The notes under the pieces were generated by a model that saw only the letters and a list, made by a program, of their open reading frames with translations, searched no databases and was not told the origin of the DNA. Below are positions 25,960-32,000 of a DNA stretch of 32,000 nucleotides, in pieces. The stretch spans positions 30,001-62,000 of the forward strand of contig CAZYLT010000006.1 in assembly GCA_964648855.1 (NCBI GenBank). The letters run 5' to 3'. Within the stretch, counting starts at the first letter, position 1, and each line of letters begins with the position of its first letter. Origin of the DNA: an uncultured archaeon (GTDB lineage: Archaea; Asgardarchaeota; Thorarchaeia; Thorarchaeales; Thorarchaeaceae). The position numbers and the translations under genes are program-made.

Positions 25960-27276
25960 TTACTTATGTGAATCGAGTTCCTTATAGAGTTTCGTTATGG
26001 CTTTTTCAATGTCGGATTGAGTCGCTCCTATTGCAGCATTCATCACTAGGTAATCATGAGGGTACTTATCGATACATGAACCACTTGTTCCCGCCTTGAC
26101 TGCTCTAGGTCCAGTCACACGTCGATTGTACAAACGGCCCCCAATTTCTTTGACATCTATGTTATCCATTGTAATAGCACAAGCTATGGGATTTTTGACA
26201 TCAAGAATACGTTGTCCAATTGAATGGGCTAATTCGCGAAGCTTTCTCTCCAGTAGTTCTCTATTCTTTTGTTGTTCATCTCTTAGATTTTCATATCTCG
26301 TCAATCCCAGGGCTAATAATGCAGCTAGAGTCTGAACAACCGGAGCTGCAGTCCCTCTCCCTGCATAGGTTTCCACGATGTTCTCCAAGAATTCATCTTG
26401 ATTAGTTACAACGAAGGAGCCTCCCACAGGTGCTAGGAAGTTCTTATCTGTGCTCTGCACTACAGCATCGACTCTCCCTGCATCAACAGCCGACATTATG
26501 GTCTTCATAATCTCCCGAGACTGCACACCATAGGCGTTGTTAATTACATGGGGTATTCTTCTCTCCGAGCAAATCTTGGCAATCTCCTTTACCGGATCAG
26601 ATTCTCTCGGCGGAAAAAAAGTAGTGGTGGAAAGCACCGCACAGTCATCTCTTGACATTGCCTCTCTCTCAAAAACTGACATATCTGTGGCCACTGCATC
26701 GCCCTGCAATTCAGTCGGGATTGTAATCTCCTTTACACCTGCTAGACTGATTCCTCGTGTGGGGGACTTGTGGTCGATTCTGGGATATAGAATTTGCTTT
26801 ACACCGTGTTCTCGTCTAAGTGCAGACACTACCAACCCAATACACATGCCAGTGGAAAGTGGGAGAACAGCTCCGTGTTGCATATTTGGCAAACCAAGCC
26901 GTTGAATAGCATCAGTGGCAATCTGGTTGGTCAGTTTTTGCATCAGAGATGCTCCTGCCGCCTTCGGTTGAGGTGCAGTAATGTGTCCACTTCGACCAAT
27001 TCCATGTACAAAATTTCCCGCTAAACGGGCAACTAATGGAGATGCAACACGCCCCTCTCGTTCCCCGACGCGTGCGGCCGCCAGGTCCTTGTCTGTGTCC
27101 ATTGCAGATAAAAGATTCAAGAGTAACTCTATCTGGAAGTCGGTAAACGAAGTGTCAGGAAGCCTTCGACGGCTCATCAAGTCTTTTAGCGGAGATATTT
27201 GTTCATCTAGCGTTATTTTTCCTCTTCGCATCATATTCTCCGGAATCAAATCAGATAGCAGCTTGTCAATCTCCAA
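25960..27276 (-). CDS. spcS: O-phosphoseryl-tRNA(Sec):selenium transferase (SepSecS)
   Basis: GEREGRV, HGIGRSG, QPKAAG, PLSTGM, RIDHKSP, NNAYGVQ, PLP-Lys motif QSTDKNF, YAGR, LYNRRVTGPR. Start reassigned to TTG 27276 after GAGGAGG, overlapping the selB end. Confidence 0.95.
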   Translation of the reverse strand: MEIDKLLSDLIPENMMRRGKITLDEQISPLKDLMSRRRLPDTSFTDFQIELLLNLLSAMDTDKDLAAARVGEREGRVASPLVARLAGNFVHGIGRSGHITAPQPKAAGASLMQKLTNQIATDAIQRLGLPNMQHGAVLPLSTGMCIGLVVSALRREHGVKQILYPRIDHKSPTRGISLAGVKEITIPTELQGDAVATDMSVFEREAMSRDDCAVLSTTTFFPPRESDPVKEIAKICSERRIPHVINNAYGVQSREIMKTIMSAVDAGRVDAVVQSTDKNFLAPVGGSFVVTNQDEFLENIVETYAGRGTAAPVVQTLAALLALGLTRYENLRDEQQKNRELLERKLRELAHSIGQRILDVKNPIACAITMDNIDVKEIGGRLYNRRVTGPRAVKAGTSGSCIDKYPHDYLVMNAAIGATQSDIEKAITKLYKELDSHK

Positions 27277-28660
27277 ACGAATATTCCTCCTCTGAGAATC
27301 GTGCATAGACCACCTTATCATATTCCTGCACATCATCTTGGAATACAACTGATACTACGCCTCTTGTACCAAAAGCGCTTTTCACAGTTCCCTTCACTCC
27401 ATGTTCGGTGTCGACTGTTTGACCTATCACTCTTTCTGCTAAGTGCTTTGTTCTAGCTATCCCTTCGACAAGAACATCTTTTTCTCTAACTCTTGAAACC
27501 CTTCCCTCACTAGTTTTTTTCTTCAGTACTTTGATAGACATAGGCGTTTCTTCAATTCTCCCTGAACCAATGATTCTCATTGACGTAGGTGGCAGGTCGG
27601 TTCGAAGCAGTAGTACCCTCATTTTTGGATGGACGACTACTGGTTTAGATAGAAGAATCGCCGCCTGGAATGATTCTCCCATAGTTTCATCCAACACAAC
27701 ACGCTTACCATTTTCCAAATGGAAAGGTATGATTTCTGCAACGATGCTTGGCATTCCCACTGTTGCGTTGACTAGCATTTTTTTGGTTACCCGCCCTTTG
27801 TACAATGGATTCCGCTCGATCCTTACGATGAGTTTTGAAGAAGTATTCAACGAGCCTGGTTTGCCCAGGTAGTTTCCTCGCTTCACGATCTTATCACTGA
27901 TTTCAGGCAAATTCAGCCCGATTCGGTCTCCGGCTACCGCTTCCTTTCGAGGTTGACCAAAAACTTGAATGGACCGTACTTTCGCTGTTTCTCTTTGTGG
28001 ATAAAGCTCAAGACGTTCTCCCAACTTGACTACACCTTGCTGGACAGTGCCTGTTACAACCGTTCCATGGCCCCTCTTAGGAAAAGCGTGGTCGATGGGC
28101 ATCATGAAGTCCGCATCTTCATGTCTTCTGCTTGGCCGTAGCAGCTGTCTTAGCGTTTCTTTGAGATCATTGACACCCTCTCCTGTCTTAGCTGATACAC
28201 TAATTATTTGAAAATCGTTATATCCAACGCTCTTCATAACCGAATGAATTGTTTCTTTTACCTCATTGACTCGGTCCGTGTCAACGAGGTCGATTTTTGT
28301 TATCACCGGAATTACTGTTCTCACACCGATAGCGTCAAGGACGATTATGTGCTCTCCAGTTTGTATTTCCGGTCCTTTATCCGCCGCAACCACCAATAGT
28401 GCAGCATCAATTATCCCCGCCCCCGCAACGACACTTCGGATTAGGTCTGCATGACCTGGTGCGTCAACAAGTGTGACTAGGAAGTCATCTAACATGAACA
28501 TCGAAAAACCCAAATCTATGGTTATTCCTCGGTCTTTGGCTTGTGGGTGTTTATCCAGTCCTGCAGTCGAAATCTTCTCACTTAGTGCTCTTGCAAGCTC
28601 TGTCTTCCCATGATCTATATGTCCCATCAGCCCTACATGTACGGGAATCGGATCACTCAT
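27266..28660 (-). CDS. selB: Selenocysteine-specific elongation factor, archaeal type (SelB/aEFSec)
   Basis: GHIDHGKT, RGITIDLGF, DAPGH, QTGEH, TKID, DHAFP..GHGTVVTGT, GDRIG. Short archaeal-type domain IV (EGIA..K..AE..IG...G.VKSAFGTRG). Start ATG 28660. Confidence 0.94.
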   Translation of the reverse strand: MSDPIPVHVGLMGHIDHGKTELARALSEKISTAGLDKHPQAKDRGITIDLGFSMFMLDDFLVTLVDAPGHADLIRSVVAGAGIIDAALLVVAADKGPEIQTGEHIIVLDAIGVRTVIPVITKIDLVDTDRVNEVKETIHSVMKSVGYNDFQIISVSAKTGEGVNDLKETLRQLLRPSRRHEDADFMMPIDHAFPKRGHGTVVTGTVQQGVVKLGERLELYPQRETAKVRSIQVFGQPRKEAVAGDRIGLNLPEISDKIVKRGNYLGKPGSLNTSSKLIVRIERNPLYKGRVTKKMLVNATVGMPSIVAEIIPFHLENGKRVVLDETMGESFQAAILLSKPVVVHPKMRVLLLRTDLPPTSMRIIGSGRIEETPMSIKVLKKKTSEGRVSRVREKDVLVEGIARTKHLAERVIGQTVDTEHGVKGTVKSAFGTRGVVSVVFQDDVQEYDKVVYARFSEEEYSFGD

Positions 28661-28752
28661 TCTTTGACACACCTTTGGTAAGAACACTTTCATGCTTTAA
28701 TGTTCCCACACCAAGAGGGGAGTTTATTGGGTCGTTTGCAGAGGAACGTAGT

Positions 28753-29163
28753 ATGGTATCAAGGTCTCTTGAGAAGATGCTCTTAATCGCTGTAGGACTC
28801 ACAAGTGTAGTTCTTGTCGGTGTTCCAGTGCTCTTTCATACTCTAAACACCATCTCATCTGCATCTAATCTCACGATGGCCAAAGATTTTGCTGATAGAG
28901 TCCATAACGCCACAGCAAGAGTGGATTCGGGAATCACTGAGAGTGTTTCCATCGAAATATTCGTGCCTGATTTTGTGAGCATCACGGTTTCGAACGATTC
29001 GATGACAATAGTATACGAACCGACTGATGGGCGCTCAAACGAATGGACACGAGAATATTCTCATGAACTTGTTCTTATAGCTCCTAACGATTCCGGGTCC
29101 CATCTTCTCTCTATCGACCTATTTGGAAACAAAATACACATAGAGTTCATTGCTCTTAGCTGA
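28753..29163 (+). CDS. Hypothetical membrane-anchored protein, pilin-like N-terminus
   Basis: MVSRSLEKMLLIAVGLTSVVLVGVPVLF hydrophobic helix followed by a beta-rich domain; GAGG upstream of ATG 28753. Confidence 0.6.
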   Translation: MVSRSLEKMLLIAVGLTSVVLVGVPVLFHTLNTISSASNLTMAKDFADRVHNATARVDSGITESVSIEIFVPDFVSITVSNDSMTIVYEPTDGRSNEWTREYSHELVLIAPNDSGSHLLSIDLFGNKIHIEFIALS

Positions 29164-29251
29164 TACAGAACATCTCTCAACTTAACACAATCTTTTTAAT
29201 GCTCACACAAGTTGCCGGCTTTGAAAGCGTCACAGACGAGGAAAGAATGCC

Positions 29252-30286
29252 ATGGCAGATGATGCCGAAGACCAAGATATGCCAGATAATGAGGATGAAT
29301 CTCAAGTAGAAGATGAAGAGCCGAGCAGGTTCAGCATTGACAATCCAGTCGGTCTCATTTTCAATGTAAGAAACCTAAGACGGGTCGTTCAAATCCTATT
29401 TCTTCTAGGCATTAATGGTTATCTATTTGCTGCATGGTTTGGACAGGATGCAATTACAGATTTCTGGATGTCTATTGGGCAGGCACTACCAACTATTCCG
29501 ATTATTGCACCGCTTGAGGCTCCTTTTGCTGTGATGGCAGGCTCCTTCGATGCTATGCAGAGAGTCATGACATCAGGCGTCTTTCCATTCTTCACACTTG
29601 GCGCGATGGTGATCATCCTTACAGTACTGGGGCGAGCTGCCTGTGGTTGGGTATGTCCCATTGGTACAATCCATGATTTTTCGGCATTGGTAAGCCGTTC
29701 AAAGGTTAGGCCCTCACCAGGAACCGAGAAGGAGCTTCGAAGATTCAAAGCATATGTATTTGCCTTGGTGATCTTCTTTGCATCCTGGGTTGGTATATCT
29801 GTAGTCCTAGGCACCGCAGAATCGATACGTAATGCTCTTGGTATTTTTGCCGATGCTGCCTTTGATCCAATCAATCCAGCGTACATTCTATTCGTGAAAA
29901 TTCCTGATTTAGTGGAGTCTGGATTTTGGCCAACCAGCATAGATACTCTTTGGCGTGTTGGCTATTGGACACCCATATTTTGGTTACAAATCACCTTTGT
30001 TGCGTTGATAGTTATTGGTTCTAAATGGTTTCCGAGATGGTTCTGCCGTTGGGTCTGTCCGGCTGGATGGTTCTATAGCGTGTTCTCCAGGTCTGCACTG
30101 ATTGGTATTGGAAGAAATCCCGCTCTATGTACACCAGATGTATGCAGCACATGTGAAGTTGTATGCCCAATGAACATTAGGATACGAAGATTTCCGTATC
30201 AACATCTCTACTCACCTGATTGTATCATGTGCCTTGAGTGCAAGAGCCACTGCCCCAATGGTGCTATTGAACTCAGATTCTCATAA
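29252..30286 (+). CDS. NapH/MauN-like membrane 4Fe-4S polyferredoxin
   Basis: GRAACGWVCP, RWFCRWVCP, CSTCEVVCP, CIMCLECKSHCP; several TM helices; acidic N-terminal tail. Confidence 0.88.
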   Translation: MADDAEDQDMPDNEDESQVEDEEPSRFSIDNPVGLIFNVRNLRRVVQILFLLGINGYLFAAWFGQDAITDFWMSIGQALPTIPIIAPLEAPFAVMAGSFDAMQRVMTSGVFPFFTLGAMVIILTVLGRAACGWVCPIGTIHDFSALVSRSKVRPSPGTEKELRRFKAYVFALVIFFASWVGISVVLGTAESIRNALGIFADAAFDPINPAYILFVKIPDLVESGFWPTSIDTLWRVGYWTPIFWLQITFVALIVIGSKWFPRWFCRWVCPAGWFYSVFSRSALIGIGRNPALCTPDVCSTCEVVCPMNIRIRRFPYQHLYSPDCIMCLECKSHCPNGAIELRFS

Positions 30287-30631
30287 CTTGTGCTCTTCAA
30301 CAGCATGAGAAAACTCTTTGTCAACCTTTGAAAAGAGATGCATCAGACTCTTACCAAATTCAGTGACATCAGCTCCACCGCCACCCACAGTTCCACCCTT
30401 GTAGGAGTGTAGGAGCTTCACACCCAGCTTTTTTTCTATTTTCCTAATGACTCCCCATGCGTATCGATAAGACATCTCAAGTTTCTTTGCTCCCTCTGTT
30501 ATGGTTCCCGTTTCATCGATGCTTTTCAAAATAGCATAAGCCCCAGGTCCAAACACGTAGTTTCCATTGTGCTCAAGCCAGAGTTTGTAGTTCGGTTGTA
30601 ATTTGGGAAGCTCTTCTTCTTTATCCACCAC
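30281..30631 (-). CDS. ModE-type winged-helix regulator (HTH domain only)
   Basis: KLWLE...VFGPG...L..I.ETGTI..GAK.L.MSYRYAW, GG..GGGA.VT; no molybdate-binding Mop domain. Confidence 0.88.
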   Translation of the reverse strand: MVDKEEELPKLQPNYKLWLEHNGNYVFGPGAYAILKSIDETGTITEGAKKLEMSYRYAWGVIRKIEKKLGVKLLHSYKGGTVGGGGADVTEFGKSLMHLFSKVDKEFSHAVEEHKL

Positions 30632-30680
30632 AGAATGCCTCCTTAGGATTCATACATGAATGGCACATAAACTGAATCTC

Positions 30681-30899
30681 TCACGGGCCCCAGCGCATTC
30701 TCTCAGGGGCTCTAGCCTTCTTATATGCCTTCTTGACCTGTTTCCAGTGTTCTCTACAAAGATACGTCTTACGCTTTCGTGTATCCTCTACAGTCAGCCC
30801 AACTTTGTTGATACTTGGGTTAATTCTGGATGCTGAGAAAGAGCGTTTCGATGGTTTATCGCAACCAGTTATACTACATGTTTTCTTCGAACCTGCCAA
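30681..30899 (-). CDS. Small basic Zn-finger protein (C-x4-C...C-x2-H)
   Basis: CSITGC...RS...YLCREHWK..KK; probable TTG start at 30899. Confidence 0.72.
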   Translation of the reverse strand: MAGSKKTCSITGCDKPSKRSFSASRINPSINKVGLTVEDTRKRKTYLCREHWKQVKKAYKKARAPERMRWGP

Positions 30900-30958
30900 T
30901 ATAGACACTTCAGCAACGAGGAATGGCCAAGACCATTTAACTATAATGGCGAAGGAAA

Positions 30959-31951
30959 TCATCTATGTGAGCTTCGGGGTGTTAGTATTGGTCCCTTAGA
31001 GAAGTCAAAGATGATGTTCTCTTCATCGCCCATCCTCAATTTCAAAGAAGCGCCTGAGTCAACTTCTCCTATTTTTATTGCTTCCATTTCGTGATTCTTT
31101 GCAATATGTGAAACCTTTGGTACATTCCTCACAGGAATGGCAATAAGAAATCCCAGTGATATATACATTCGAAGCCAATCCATAAGCTCAATACTTTCAG
31201 GCATGGATTCCCGTATTATATCCAAATCGATGACGCCTCCCACCCCTGAGTATTCCAACATCATCCCTGCCGTGCCTATCATACCTGCGACAGAAACATC
31301 TTTTGAAGCATTTACTAGTGCATCCTGAGCAAGCTCATTCATGACAGTTAACCGCTTAATCACATGTGATGACTCCCTGTCCGTGACAGAATCCCACCCG
31401 AGAGTGTAATGTTCTCCCCGTCTACCAACCCTGTCAAAAAGGAGAACCAAAGTGTCACCCTCTTCTGCACCTCCTGCTGTCAATATCTGATTCTCTTTAA
31501 CGGTGCCTGTTGCTGAACCAACAACATAGGTGGAAGTGGATTTTGAATTAGTATGGCCTCGAACAATTGGGACTTTGAAGGTATGTGACCCGTTGATTAG
31601 TCCTTGGAGCAACAACCTACCCGTTTCGTCATCTGAATAAGAAAGGGCGACAGCAAAAGAGGTGGGCGTACCACCTGCAGCGTATATGTCCATTATGTTT
31701 GCAAGAACCACATTGAACCCGGCAGCTTGAGGATGATTCAGACAAAGCTCCTCAACTATTGCATCTGTTGTTAGAAGGACAAATTCGTTGGACCCTGTCA
31801 ATATTGCCGCTGAGTCCTCCCCCAAAGAATGTGGTGCATCTCCGTTATAGGACACCTCTCTGAGCTTGCTTATTATTCCCGGAAGAACAAACTTGCGGGA
31901 AATCCCGTCAAAAGAGAGAAGTGTCTCGATTATTGTATCGAGGTCAGACAT
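30959..31951 (-). CDS. AIR synthase-related protein (PurM/HypE/ThiL/SelD superfamily; sll0787 / methanogenesis marker 2-like)
   Basis: GEDSAAI, NIMDIYAAGGTP, VPIVRGHT, SKDVSVAGMIGT..MMLEYSGVG, WLRMYISLGF. Confidence 0.85.
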   Translation of the reverse strand: MSDLDTIIETLLSFDGISRKFVLPGIISKLREVSYNGDAPHSLGEDSAAILTGSNEFVLLTTDAIVEELCLNHPQAAGFNVVLANIMDIYAAGGTPTSFAVALSYSDDETGRLLLQGLINGSHTFKVPIVRGHTNSKSTSTYVVGSATGTVKENQILTAGGAEEGDTLVLLFDRVGRRGEHYTLGWDSVTDRESSHVIKRLTVMNELAQDALVNASKDVSVAGMIGTAGMMLEYSGVGGVIDLDIIRESMPESIELMDWLRMYISLGFLIAIPVRNVPKVSHIAKNHEMEAIKIGEVDSGASLKLRMGDEENIIFDFSKGPILTPRSSHR

Positions 31952-32000
31952 TGCATCACCCTCGACATGAATATAGGTCTAGGGCAATGTCAAAAAGTCA

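Noticed and set aside
27277-27348. N-terminal extension of SepSecS in the ORF track
   Set aside because: Lies inside selB; the SD supports the TTG at 27276.
28543-28752. N-terminal extension of the pilin-like ORF
   Set aside because: Overlaps selB antisense; the ATG at 28753 has an SD and starts the hydrophobic helix.
29419-29940. Long antisense or alternative-frame ORFs (this one, 1979-2353, 22044-22376, 26537-26905 and others)
   Set aside because: They overlap well-supported genes and have no motifs of their own.
30959-31951. Calling this gene selD
   Set aside because: No N-terminal Cys/Sec-x-x-Lys motif; motifs fit the sll0787/marker 2-like AIR synthase family better.
1-32000. CRISPR arrays, transposases, integrases or rRNA genes
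   Set aside because: No regularly spaced repeats or matching motifs were seen by eye.

Overview
Archaeal chromosomal window, most likely Asgard (Thorarchaeota-like). The taxon is inferred from a Rab-like small GTPase together with an archaeal/eukaryote-type selenocysteine (Sec) machinery. The first ~7.9 kb is accessory-like: a hemerythrin, a TIM-barrel protein, a truncated GNAT, a membrane-anchored receiver protein, a 1199-aa SF2 helicase, gene remnants, a Zn-ribbon protein and the GTPase. A housekeeping block follows: adkA-DUF106/EMC3-rpl34e-cmk-rpl14e-cbf5, RNase P RNA, tsr3, tiaS, rps13-rps4-rps11 and an intron-containing tRNA-Ser(GGA). Next come metabolic genes, two tandem TFB paralogues and a compact Sec cluster: PSTK convergent with tRNA-Sec(UCA), and selB-sepsecS-unknown ORF-tRNA-Sec on the minus strand. 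The window ends with a NapH-like polyferredoxin, a ModE-type HTH protein, a small Zn-finger protein and an AIR-synthase-like (PurM/SelD superfamily) gene. The best leads are the unknown 216-aa gene inside the Sec cluster, an unannotated structured ~100-nt element at 21831-21930, a candidate C/D guide RNA between the two tfb genes, the membrane receiver/giant helicase pair, and an M14 peptidase homologue that appears to lack its catalytic residues. All calls come from reading motifs by eye; no database searches were run.
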